A stretch of 64,000 nt of DNA, from contig CAYMDA010000020.1 in the NCBI GenBank assembly GCA_964389135.1, forward strand, positions 13,484 through 77,483, given 5' to 3'. A program made the position numbers and the translations under genes. This DNA is from an uncultured Verrucomicrobiota bacterium (lineage in GTDB: Bacteria > Verrucomicrobiota > Verrucomicrobiia > Limisphaerales > CAIMTB01). The first letter of the stretch is position 1. Each line of letters begins with the position of its first letter. A model generated the notes under the pieces. The model was given only the letters and a program-made list of their open reading frames with translations. It searched no databases and was not told the DNA's origin. Positions 17,109-26,062 of the stretch are shown in pieces.

Positions 17109-17843
17109 TCAATCATCCTGTCGGGCGGGGCGCCCGCCGAACAGGGCGGTGCCGATGCGCACCCGCGTGGCGCCCTCCTCGATGGCGACCTCGAAGTCGC
17201 CGCTCATTCCCATGCTGAGGACGGTGAGCGGTGCGCCGAGGATGTCCTCGCATGCCTTCGCGAGCTCGCGGCAGCGGCGGAAGACCGGGCGGACCGTCTC
17301 CGGATTCCGCGCGTACGGCGCCATGCACATGAGCCCATGGATCTCGAGGCGCGAAAGTTCATTCAGGCGCGGAAGCTCCTCGCGCAGGAGGGCGGGTGAG
17401 TAGCCGAACTTGGTGGATTCGCCGGCGACGTTGACCTCGATGAGCACGGGAAGGGTGCGGGCGGCGGCCTCGCAGCGCTTCTGGAGTTCCTCCGCGAGGC
17501 GCAGGCTGTCCACCGAATCGATTGCCTGGAAGAGCTGGACGGCGTCACGGACCTTGTTGGTCTGGAGGTGTCCGATCATGTGCCAGCGCAGGTGACCGGG
17601 CAGCGCCGGGATCTTTGAGCGCGCCTCCTGCACGCGGCTTTCGCCGAAGATCCGGAGGCCATGGCGCGCGGCCTCGGCGATTCGCTCCGGCGGTTGATTC
17701 TTGCTGACGGCAACCAGTTCCACCTCGCCGGGATCGCGCCCGGCGCGCTCACAGGCAGCGGCGATCCTTGTCTGGATCCGTGCCAGGTTTTCGGCAATCT
17801 CCACGCGAGCAGCGTAGCAGCCCGCGGAAGCGGCTGTGGACAC
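17109..17843 (-). CDS. yggS: YggS-family pyridoxal-phosphate homeostasis protein
   Basis: ...VELVAVSKNQPPERIAEAARHGLRIFGESRVQEA...WHMIGHLQTNKV... With the ATG at 17843 only 20 nt separate it from the divergent EVE gene, so the in-frame GTG at 17804 (VEIAENL...) is a plausible true start. Confidence 0.9.
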   Translation of the reverse strand: MSTAASAGCYAARVEIAENLARIQTRIAAACERAGRDPGEVELVAVSKNQPPERIAEAARHGLRIFGESRVQEARSKIPALPGHLRWHMIGHLQTNKVRDAVQLFQAIDSVDSLRLAEELQKRCEAAARTLPVLIEVNVAGESTKFGYSPALLREELPRLNELSRLEIHGLMCMAPYARNPETVRPVFRRCRELAKACEDILGAPLTVLSMGMSGDFEVAIEEGATRVRIGTALFGGRPARQDD

Positions 17844-17863
17844 GAAACAGTACGGAGGATCTC

Positions 17864-18280
17864 ATGGCGAGGCAGCACTGGGTGGTGAAACAGGAACCCT
17901 CGAGCTACCCGTGGTCCACCTTCGAGCGCGAGGGGGGCACGGCGTGGACGGGCGTGCGGAACTTCGAGGCCCGGAATCATCTGCGCGCCATGAGGAAGGA
18001 CGACATGGTGGCGTACTACCACAGCGGCGAGGGCCGCGAGGTGGTGGGCGTCGCCAGGGTGTCCAGGGAGGCCTATCCGGATCCCACCGCGGACGAGGGT
18101 GACTGGTCGTGCGTGGACCTCGTGCCGGTTCGCCCGCTGAAGCGGCCGGTGACGCTCGCCGAGATGAAGCAGGATCCGGTGCTTCGCGAGATGGCGCTCG
18201 TGCGCCGGTCGCGCATCTCCGTGACGCCGGTCACCCCGGAGCAATGGGCGCGGCTGATGGAGCTGGGCGGCGCCCGGTGA
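17864..18280 (+). CDS. EVE (PUA-like) domain-containing protein
   Basis: Internal ATG at 17864 is preceded by GGAGGA. MARQHWVVKQEPSSYPWSTFEREGGTAWTGVRNFEARNHLRAMRKDDMVAYYHSG matches the EVE-domain N-terminal consensus. Confidence 0.85.
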   Translation: MARQHWVVKQEPSSYPWSTFEREGGTAWTGVRNFEARNHLRAMRKDDMVAYYHSGEGREVVGVARVSREAYPDPTADEGDWSCVDLVPVRPLKRPVTLAEMKQDPVLREMALVRRSRISVTPVTPEQWARLMELGGAR

Positions 18281-18284
18281 GGCC

Positions 18285-19451
18285 TCAGGGCACCGGCTCG
18301 AGGCTCGCTCCTCCCGCGGCGCGGGTGATGAACACGCGCGGCGCGCGGCCGGTGCGTTCGCGGTACGCCTCGGTGATGGCTGCCTCGAACGCGGCCGACT
18401 GATCCTCGGCGACGAGATTGATCGTGCACCCGCCGAAACCTCCTCCCGTCATCCGGGCGCCGAGGACCCCGGGCAGGTCGGCGGCGAGCTCGACCAGCAC
18501 GTCGAGTTCCCGGCAGCTCACCTCGTAGTCGTCGCGAAGACTCGCATGCGACTGAGCCATGAGGGGGCCGAGGGCGTGCAGGTCGTGATTCCGGAGGGCC
18601 TCCGCGAAGGCGAGGACCCGCTCGTTCTCCGTCACGACATGGCGACAGCGCCTGCGGATGACCTCGGGAAGCCTGCCGCCATGCGTCTCCAGATCCGCGG
18701 AGGAGACGTCGCGCAGGGCGGTGATTCCCGGGAGCCTTTCACGGAGGGCGGCGACCCCGGATTCGCACTGTGAGCGGCGGGTGTTGTACTCGCCGGCGGC
18801 GAGCTCGTGCTTCACCCCGGTGTCGCAGATGACGAGGGCGACGCGGTCGGGCAGGGGAAACCAGCGCGCCTCCAGGGTGCGGCAGTCGAGCATCATCGCG
18901 TGGCCGGCGCGGGCGTTGGCGGAGATGAACTGATCCATGATGCCGCAGCGTGTCCCGACGTAGTGGTGCTCGGCGCGCTGCCCCGCGAGGGCGAGGCGCA
19001 CCGGATCGGCGGCGATCCCCGACACGGCGAGGAGCGTGAGTCCGACACCGGTTTCGAGCGCGGCGGAGGAACTGAGGCCTGCGCCCTCGGGAACATTCCC
19101 GGAGAACCAGAGGTCGGCGCCGCGGAGGCGGTGGCCGTCCCGCTCGAGTTCGACGGCGATGCCGCGGACGTAGTCGCTCCAGTGGCGCTGGCGCGGATCA
19201 CCGGGCTGATCGAGGTCGATCTCCACGGAATCCGCGCGGTCACCCGCGACGGCGCGGAGACGGCGATCCGGACGCGGGGCCGCGGCGCACCAGAGGGCGA
19301 ACTCGATGGCGGCGGGCATCACGAAGCCGTCGTTGTAGTCGGTGTGTTCGCCGATGAGATTGACGCGCCCCGGGGCGCGGCTGATGACGGCGGGGCGCGC
19401 ATGGAACGCCTGCTGAAAGCCGTGTGCGGCGGCCTGCGAATTCACCGGCAC
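18285..19451 (-). CDS. galK: Galactokinase
   Basis: GHMP kinase / galactokinase signatures GRVNLIGEHTDYNDGFVMP and NVPEGAGLSSSAALE, plus MTGGGFGGC near the C-terminus. Confidence 0.95.
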   Translation of the reverse strand: MPVNSQAAAHGFQQAFHARPAVISRAPGRVNLIGEHTDYNDGFVMPAAIEFALWCAAAPRPDRRLRAVAGDRADSVEIDLDQPGDPRQRHWSDYVRGIAVELERDGHRLRGADLWFSGNVPEGAGLSSSAALETGVGLTLLAVSGIAADPVRLALAGQRAEHHYVGTRCGIMDQFISANARAGHAMMLDCRTLEARWFPLPDRVALVICDTGVKHELAAGEYNTRRSQCESGVAALRERLPGITALRDVSSADLETHGGRLPEVIRRRCRHVVTENERVLAFAEALRNHDLHALGPLMAQSHASLRDDYEVSCRELDVLVELAADLPGVLGARMTGGGFGGCTINLVAEDQSAAFEAAITEAYRERTGRAPRVFITRAAGGASLEPVP

Positions 19452-19551
19452 AGGTTGGCGCGGGAGACGGAGAAACGCGAACGCGAAGCGTGATGGGCGA
19501 ACCCGGCCGTCGGCGTGGCCGGGCGCGTGCAGGGGGCACGTCGCGAGCGGT

Positions 19552-20181
19552 TCAGGCGCCGCGCGCCGCGGCGGCCGCGAGGTCCGCCTGGATCCGGGCG
19601 CAGATCTCCGCGAGGCCGCGGTTCCATGCGGCGACGAGCTCGTCCGCCCCGGCGCGTTCCATGGGGATCACGCTGCTCCGGGTCGCCATCCAGATGACGG
19701 GCGAGTCGCGTCCGGTGAGGGGATGGAAGAGGCGGAGGTCGAGGTTGAGGCGGGCGACGGGGTTGGAGGGTTTCCGGTAGTCGCCGTAGAGCGCGGCGAC
19801 GTCGCCCTCGAGCGCGTGCGTCGGCGTCCTGTGGCTGCCCCCCGTGATGACGGCGTCGAAGATTCGCAGGGCGCGGATCCAGTCGGCGATCGCCTCGGTG
19901 ATCATCGGACCGGGGGAGAGGAGAAAGGCATGATAGGGATCGGCGACGAACTCCGACGTGCCCTGCCGGATGATGAAGGAGCGCGATTCGTAGGCGGTGT
20001 TGACGCCGAAGGGACGGACGAGCAGGACGCCGCGGGGAGTGACGCCCGGGATCGGTCCGGTCTCGGGCGGCTGCAGGAGAAACGTGCGTCGTTCGAGCGC
20101 GCGTCGCTGGATGCGGCAGCCGGCGGTGGTGAGGGCCGCCGCGGCGAGGAGGAAGGATCGACGGGAGGTGCCGGATTTCAT
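19552..20181 (-). CDS. ABC-type transport auxiliary lipoprotein (PqiC/DUF330-like)
   Basis: Internal ATG at 20181 overlaps the MlaD-like stop (ATGA at 20178-20181). Lipoprotein signal MKSGTSRRSFLLAAAALTTAGC. Position as last gene of the Mla-type operon. Confidence 0.6.
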   Translation of the reverse strand: MKSGTSRRSFLLAAAALTTAGCRIQRRALERRTFLLQPPETGPIPGVTPRGVLLVRPFGVNTAYESRSFIIRQGTSEFVADPYHAFLLSPGPMITEAIADWIRALRIFDAVITGGSHRTPTHALEGDVAALYGDYRKPSNPVARLNLDLRLFHPLTGRDSPVIWMATRSSVIPMERAGADELVAAWNRGLAEICARIQADLAAAAARGA

Positions 20182-21164
20182 CGCGGTGGGTTGACGGGCT
20201 TGGGCGGGGCGCCGAGCAGCAGGCCGGCCGGATAGCTCCGGGCCATTTCGCTGATCGCGCGGAGGTTGTCGGAAAGAGATCGGAGGTTCTCGAGGGTCAT
20301 CGCGAGGTCGCCCTCCTTGCCGGCGAGGAAACCCTCGGCGGTGGCGAGGGTTCGATCGAGGCGCTGGAGCACCGAGTTGAGGTCGAGACTGTCGAGGGTG
20401 GACTTGAACTCGTCGAGGGCCGCCTCGGCGCGTTCCGGAATGCGGGCCCACGACGGGTTCGCGAGGATCCGGCGGAGTTCCTCGTTGGAGGCGCGCAGTT
20501 CCGAGAGAAGCCGGGTGGCCTGTTGGCTGACCTCCGCGAGCTTCGCGCCCCGCACCTCCATTTCGGTGGTGGTGAGCAGCCGGTTCAGATTCGTGAGGAG
20601 CAGGGCGACATCGGCCTCCTCCAGCTTGCGGAAGACCTGCTCGACGGAGGTCAGCAGGCGGGTGAGTGTGCCCGGCGCCGAGGGAATGTACAGGTGTTCC
20701 GGTTCCCAGGTGATCTCGAGCGGCGGATAGCGCCATGGATTCACGTAGTCGAGCTCGAGGTAGGACAGGCCGGTGATGCCCTGTGCGTTCAGGCGGAATC
20801 TCAGTCCCCGCGCCACGTCGGCGCGAAGCAGGTTGAGAAACTGCTCGCGTCCCTGGGCGGCATAGGCTTCGCGCGAGACGCCCACGAGGATGCGGACGTA
20901 GTTCATCTGCTGCTCGGGCGGCCTGTCACTCTCATAGATGTCACGTGAGAAGCCGATCTCGTGAACCGTGCCGAGGTGCACGCCGCGGTACTTGACCTGC
21001 GAACCGATCTCGAGGCCCTGCACGGACTGGTCGAGATACGTCTCGATGAGGAGCGGCTTCTGCAAGGTGCGGCCGAGTCCCAGCAGGAGCAGGATGACAC
21101 AGGCGGTGACAAGGCCGCCGAGGACGAAGACTCCGATCTTGAAGTAGTTGGCCGAGGTGCTCAT
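20178..21164 (-). CDS. MlaD/MCE-family substrate-binding protein
   Basis: N-terminal anchor plus MCE core (FKIGVFVLGGLVTACVILLL...GLEIGSQVKYRGVHLGTVHEI...), then a helical C-terminal region. Confidence 0.85.
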   Translation of the reverse strand: MSTSANYFKIGVFVLGGLVTACVILLLLGLGRTLQKPLLIETYLDQSVQGLEIGSQVKYRGVHLGTVHEIGFSRDIYESDRPPEQQMNYVRILVGVSREAYAAQGREQFLNLLRADVARGLRFRLNAQGITGLSYLELDYVNPWRYPPLEITWEPEHLYIPSAPGTLTRLLTSVEQVFRKLEEADVALLLTNLNRLLTTTEMEVRGAKLAEVSQQATRLLSELRASNEELRRILANPSWARIPERAEAALDEFKSTLDSLDLNSVLQRLDRTLATAEGFLAGKEGDLAMTLENLRSLSDNLRAISEMARSYPAGLLLGAPPKPVNPPR

Positions 21165-21191
21165 GGGTTGGGGTCCGGCGGCCGGCGGGCA

Positions 21192-21971
21192 TCAGGCGGA
21201 TCCCGGTCTGCCGGAGTCCGATTCACGACGGAAGAACTGCCTCACCTTGGGGTGCGGCGGATGATCCCGCAACTCGGCGGGTGTCCCGGTGGCGAGAATG
21301 CCGCGAACCTCGCGATCGAGCATGATCACACGGGAGGCGATCGCGTAGATGCTCTGCAGCTCGTGCGTCACGACCACGCACGTGATGCCGAGCGTTCCGG
21401 CGAGGTCGAGGATGAGCTGGTCGAGTCCGGCGGACGTGACGGGGTCGAGTCCGGCGGAGGGTTCGTCGAGGAAGAGGATCGGCGGATCGAGGGCCATGGC
21501 GCGCGCGATGGCTCCGCGCTTCTGCATGCCGCCGCTCAGTTCGGAGGGCAGCTTGTGGGCGGCGGCGTGCAGACCCACCATCTCGAGCTTCATGCGCGCG
21601 GTGGCCTCGATCGCGTCCGGGCTGAGGTCGGTGAACTCCTCGAGTGGAAGCCGGACGTTGTCGAGCAGGGTGAGCGAGCCGAAGAGCGCGCCGTTCTGAA
21701 ACATCACTCCGAACTGGCGCTGCAGGCGCCGCCGGCGCTCGGGGGAGGCGGCGAGGAAGTCTTCGCCGTCGATCTCGATGCGGCCGGCGAGGGGCGTCTC
21801 CAGGCCGATGATGTTGCGCAGCAGGGTGGTCTTTCCGCAGCCGGAGGTTCCGAGGATGACGAACACCTCGCCGGCGGCGACGTCGAACGACACGCGATCG
21901 AGAACGACGGTGTCGCCGTAGCCCGCCCGTAGATCGTCCACCCGGATGACACTGCGCGGCGCGTCCGACAT
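21192..21971 (-). CDS. ABC transporter ATP-binding protein (MlaF-like)
   Basis: Walker A GTSGCGKTT, ABC signature LSGGMQKR, Walker B ILFLDEPSAGLD. Confidence 0.9.
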   Translation of the reverse strand: MSDAPRSVIRVDDLRAGYGDTVVLDRVSFDVAAGEVFVILGTSGCGKTTLLRNIIGLETPLAGRIEIDGEDFLAASPERRRRLQRQFGVMFQNGALFGSLTLLDNVRLPLEEFTDLSPDAIEATARMKLEMVGLHAAAHKLPSELSGGMQKRGAIARAMALDPPILFLDEPSAGLDPVTSAGLDQLILDLAGTLGITCVVVTHELQSIYAIASRVIMLDREVRGILATGTPAELRDHPPHPKVRQFFRRESDSGRPGSA

Positions 21972-21973
21972 CG

Positions 21974-23149
21974 TCAGAACTGGAGGTAATAGAAGATGAC
22001 GCCCATCACGGCGTCCGTGATCACGATCAGGAGGATGGAGGTGACCACCGCGCTGGTGGTGGAGATGCCGACGGCGCTGGGTCCCCGCAGCGCCTGGAGG
22101 CCCCGCAGACAGCCGACTCCGCCGATGATGAACCCGAAGAACACGCTCTTCACGAGGCCGCTGGCGATGTGCCGTGGCTCGGCCGCGTCGATCGCCTGGG
22201 TGAAGTAGGTGGACACCGGGTACTCGAAGGACAGGAAGACCACGGCGCCGCCAAGGATGCCGGTCACATCCGCGAACAGCGTGAGGAACGGAATCATGAA
22301 GACGAGCCCGAGCACTCGAGGCACGGCAAGGAAGGGCACTGGACGGAGGCCCATGGTGGAGAGGGCGGCGACCTCGTCATTGACCTTCATGGTGCCGATC
22401 TCCGCGGCGAAGGCTCCGCCGGATCGTCCGGAGAGAATGATGGCGGCCATGAGCGGGCCGAGCTCGCGCAGCATGGCGATGGTCACGAGCATGGCGACAT
22501 AGATCTCGGCGCCGTACGGGCGCATGGCCATGGCGGCCTGGAAGGCGAGCACGAGGCCGACGAGGGCGGAGATGAGCGCCACGATCGGGAGCGCGTCGGT
22601 GCCGGCGCGCTCCGCGGCGAGCCACAGGTCCCGCCAGCGGATCCGGCGCGGGCGGAGGCACGCGCGAAGCAGGGCATCGGACAGCTCGCCGAGGAAGGAG
22701 ACTTCCTCGCGGAGATCGTGCCAGAGCCTGGCGGTCACGCGGCCGACCTGTTCCGGGAGGGGGACGCACCGGCTGCGTTCAGGCTCGACAACCTGGTAAT
22801 GGCGCGGATCGAAGCGGTCGAGCCATCGCTGGTAGTCGGGCGCGAGGCCGCGCCACTCGAGGGAGACGCCCTCTTCCTGGGCCCGCCCCTTCAGCCGGAG
22901 GAGCAGGGCCATTCCGGCGCCGTCGAGGGTCCTGAGCCCGGAGGCTTCGAGGACGAGCCGGGAGAAATCGCGCTCCTCGAAGATCTCGTCCACGCGCGGC
23001 CACAGGCGGGGAACGGTCGCGTTGGACCATGTGCCCGCGACACGGAGTGTGGCCGCGCCGATGGCGAGCGGTTCGAGCTCGAGGCGGGCCTCGGGGCCGT
23101 GGAGGGGCCGAGGCTGCGGGGGCGATTCGGGTCGTGTCGTCCGGCGCAT
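21974..23149 (-). CDS. MlaE-family ABC permease with an N-terminal STAS (MlaB-like) domain
   Basis: The C-terminal 260 aa matches the MlaE permease (…GPLMAAIILSGRSGGAFAAEIGTMKVNDEVAALSTMGL…). The N-terminal about 110 aa has STAS character (LRVAGTWSNATVPRLW...LEASGLRTLDGAGMALLL). ATG at 23149, with an alternative GTG at 23188. Confidence 0.85.
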   Translation of the reverse strand: MRRTTRPESPPQPRPLHGPEARLELEPLAIGAATLRVAGTWSNATVPRLWPRVDEIFEERDFSRLVLEASGLRTLDGAGMALLLRLKGRAQEEGVSLEWRGLAPDYQRWLDRFDPRHYQVVEPERSRCVPLPEQVGRVTARLWHDLREEVSFLGELSDALLRACLRPRRIRWRDLWLAAERAGTDALPIVALISALVGLVLAFQAAMAMRPYGAEIYVAMLVTIAMLRELGPLMAAIILSGRSGGAFAAEIGTMKVNDEVAALSTMGLRPVPFLAVPRVLGLVFMIPFLTLFADVTGILGGAVVFLSFEYPVSTYFTQAIDAAEPRHIASGLVKSVFFGFIIGGVGCLRGLQALRGPSAVGISTTSAVVTSILLIVITDAVMGVIFYYLQF

Positions 23150-23251
23150 GATCGGGCAGACGGTCGGAGCCTGCCAGTCCTGTGGCACGTCGCAAGCGCG
23201 GGAAGGGATCGGTCCACTGACAAGCGCGCATTCCGCGTTTAGGTTCGCGGC

Positions 23252-25936
23252 GTGTTGGACCGGGCCGAATCACTCGAGCAATCGCCGGCGCTGAAGCAGA
23301 TCCGGCTGCCTGACCTGTGGCAGCAGGAGGCGGTGGCGGCGCTGCGCGCGGGACGCGACGTCGTGGTGCACGCCCCCACCGGGGCGGGGAAGACCCTGAT
23401 CTTCGAGCTCTGGTCCAACGAGGGGCGCGCCCCGGGACAGTCGATCTACACGGTGCCCACCCGCGCGCTCGCGAACGACAAGCTCGCGGAATGGCGCGCG
23501 CGCCGGTGGGACGTCGGGATCGCGACCGGGGATCTCGCGGAGAACCTCGACGCGCCCGTGCTTGTCGCGACCCTGGAGACGCAGAAGAACCGGCTCATCC
23601 GCGGGGACGGCCCGCGCATGCTCGTGGTGGACGAGTACCAGATGATCGGGGACCCCGATCGCGGGCTGAACTATGAGTTCGCGATCGCGCTGGCGCCGCC
23701 GAAGACCCAGTTGCTCCTGCTCAGCGGGAGCGTGCACAACCCCCAGCAGGTGGTGGCATGGCTGCGGCGCCTCGGGCGCGACGCGGTCATGGTGCGGCAC
23801 GACGAGCGACCCGTTCCGCTCGAGGAAGTCTGGCCCAACCAGTTGAACTACCGGGTACCGTCGGAGGTGCGCGGTTACTGGCCGCGCTTTCTTGCGAAGG
23901 CGCTCGCCGAGGGCCTCGGACCGATCCTTGTCTTCGCGCCGCGGCGGAACGCGGCGGAACGATTCGCGATCGAGGTGGCGCGCCATCTTCCGACACCGGA
24001 TCCGCTGCGGCTCACGCCCGAGCAGAAGCAGCTCGCGGGGGACACGCTGGCGCGGCTGCTGAAGAGCCGGATCGCGTATCATCACAGCGGGCTGAGCTAT
24101 GCCGTGCGCGCGGGCGTGATCGAACCGCTCGCGAAGGCGGGCCAACTCCGAATCGTCGTCGCCACGATGGGCCTCGCGGCGGGCATCAATTTCTCCCTGC
24201 GCAGCGTGGCGCTCGCGGGCGATTCCTACCGCCGTGACTTCGTGGAGCAGCCGCTGCGGCCGGATGAAATCCTCCAGATGTTCGGGCGCGCGGGGCGCCG
24301 GGGAATCGACGAGGTGGGCTACGTGCTCGTCAGCGAGAATCAGATCCGCCTGCGCGACGGGCATCCCAGCAACCTGACGCGCAGCAGTCTCGTGGACTGG
24401 GGCGCGCTGCTGAGCGTGATGGCCGGGGCGGCCGATCGTGGCGAGGATCCGTTCGCCACGGCGGTGCGGGTCCAGGAGCGCCTGTTCACGAGCAAGCCGA
24501 TCCACCTCGGCGTGGAGGAATCGCTCAAGCACCCGGATGTGCCCTGCGGACTGAAGACCGACTCGGAACGGGCGCGACACGTGCGCAGCCGGCTTCGGCA
24601 GATGCGGAACAGCCGCGGGGAGTGGGAGCCGGTCCCGGCATGGCGGGAGGTGCCGGCCGGAGAAGTCTTCGTGTACCGGCAGACGGCCGCGGCGCTGCGG
24701 ACGCCCGGCCCGGACCGGAAGGAGTCCGACGCCCGCCCTCCGGACCCCGGACGTGGCGGGGAGAGAAACGCAGCGTCCTTCGACGGGGAACCTTCCGAGG
24801 ACGTCACCGTCGGGGAGCCTGGAGAGACCGGCGTGCCCCCCGGCCATCCGGGCGAGGGGACGAGCGAATCGCCGGTGTGGCCGGAGCCCGCGGCGGAGCT
24901 GGTTCCCGTCCTCACGGTGCAGAAGGCGCTCGAGAAGCTCGGGCAGGGCTGGCTCGTCGGACTGCAGGACACGCCGCAGGGACGGATTTACGGGCGCGGG
25001 TTCAAGGTGGCCGATGTTCTCACGGGGGAGCGTGTCGTGCTCGTGAAGTGGATCCGGCGCCTCACGCAATGGCACGGGCGCGTCGCCTCGTGGGAGGAAT
25101 GGGAGTCCCGACTGCGGCCGAGGCTCGAGGCGGAACTCGACCGCCAGAAGACGCCCCTCGTGCGCCTCACGAGGGAGGACCATCGGCTCATCGCGCACGT
25201 CACGATCGCGAAGCTGCCGATGCGCGTGCCGGTGGATTCGCACGGTGTCGCGCTGTGGCGGCCGCCGGAACGCTCGGTGGTGCAGCCGGACTGCGCGATC
25301 TGTCCGCTGCAGGAAGTCTGCTATCGCCTGTCGCCGGGCACGGGAACGGCGGCACTCTGGCGCCGGCTGCGGCTGGTGGATGAACGCGGGGTGCCGACGC
25401 TGCGCGGACGTGTGGTCGCCGCCCTGTCCCAGACGGCGGGCCTCGCGATTGCCGCGGCCCTGGAGGATGAGAGTTATCCCCTCGATGAGCTGGCGTACGA
25501 CATCGCGAATCTCGACGCCGGTTTCCGCTTCGCGCGGGAGGACAGCCGCTGGGGCGGGCGCCTGCCGGTCGCCGCGCAGCGGGCCTACGGCACGATCAAT
25601 GTCCCGGGCTATCTCGAGGGCGGGCTCCCGCCGCGGTACGGTGCGGGAGCGAACGAGATCGTGCAGCTCGCGCATCGGCATCCCGAGAAGCGGCATCAGC
25701 TCACGGGCGATCTGGTGGGCGAGGGCGATGTGGACCGGCTCATCATCGAATGGCGGAGTCTGCTGCGGCAGATCGCGCATGCGCCGGCGCTCGACTGGCC
25801 GAGATGGACGGCGTTCCAGGCGCTGGCGCGCGGCATCCTCAGGGAGACGGAGTCACCGACGATGCGGGATCTTCCGCCGCTCGAGTATCACCAGCGCAGA
25901 CGCGTGGATCACCGGCTTGTGTTTCGGCGGCACTAG
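23252..25936 (+). CDS. Superfamily-2 DEAD/DEAH-box (Ski2/HelY-like) helicase
   Basis: GTG start at 23252. Motif I VHAPTGAGKT, motif II VVDEYQ, motif VI-like QMFGRAGRRG. Long C-terminal region containing a Pro/Gly/Glu-rich insert. Confidence 0.85.
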   Translation: MLDRAESLEQSPALKQIRLPDLWQQEAVAALRAGRDVVVHAPTGAGKTLIFELWSNEGRAPGQSIYTVPTRALANDKLAEWRARRWDVGIATGDLAENLDAPVLVATLETQKNRLIRGDGPRMLVVDEYQMIGDPDRGLNYEFAIALAPPKTQLLLLSGSVHNPQQVVAWLRRLGRDAVMVRHDERPVPLEEVWPNQLNYRVPSEVRGYWPRFLAKALAEGLGPILVFAPRRNAAERFAIEVARHLPTPDPLRLTPEQKQLAGDTLARLLKSRIAYHHSGLSYAVRAGVIEPLAKAGQLRIVVATMGLAAGINFSLRSVALAGDSYRRDFVEQPLRPDEILQMFGRAGRRGIDEVGYVLVSENQIRLRDGHPSNLTRSSLVDWGALLSVMAGAADRGEDPFATAVRVQERLFTSKPIHLGVEESLKHPDVPCGLKTDSERARHVRSRLRQMRNSRGEWEPVPAWREVPAGEVFVYRQTAAALRTPGPDRKESDARPPDPGRGGERNAASFDGEPSEDVTVGEPGETGVPPGHPGEGTSESPVWPEPAAELVPVLTVQKALEKLGQGWLVGLQDTPQGRIYGRGFKVADVLTGERVVLVKWIRRLTQWHGRVASWEEWESRLRPRLEAELDRQKTPLVRLTREDHRLIAHVTIAKLPMRVPVDSHGVALWRPPERSVVQPDCAICPLQEVCYRLSPGTGTAALWRRLRLVDERGVPTLRGRVVAALSQTAGLAIAAALEDESYPLDELAYDIANLDAGFRFAREDSRWGGRLPVAAQRAYGTINVPGYLEGGLPPRYGAGANEIVQLAHRHPEKRHQLTGDLVGEGDVDRLIIEWRSLLRQIAHAPALDWPRWTAFQALARGILRETESPTMRDLPPLEYHQRRRVDHRLVFRRH

Positions 25937-26062
25937 GAGGGCGCCGCGCGGACGACAACGGCGCGCCACGGGCGGGACCCGAGCCCCCCGGCGTGCGCGT
26001 TGACGGTCGGGAGGCGGCTGGTAGGGTCGGGCCATGTCCCCAACGGCCGCCCTGTCCTGACG

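Noticed and set aside
23270-25780. 836-aa minus-strand ORF antisense to the helicase gene.
   Set aside because: Arg/Pro/Leu-rich with no motifs, whereas the + frame carries the SF2 helicase motifs GAGKT, DEYQ and QMFGRAGRRG.
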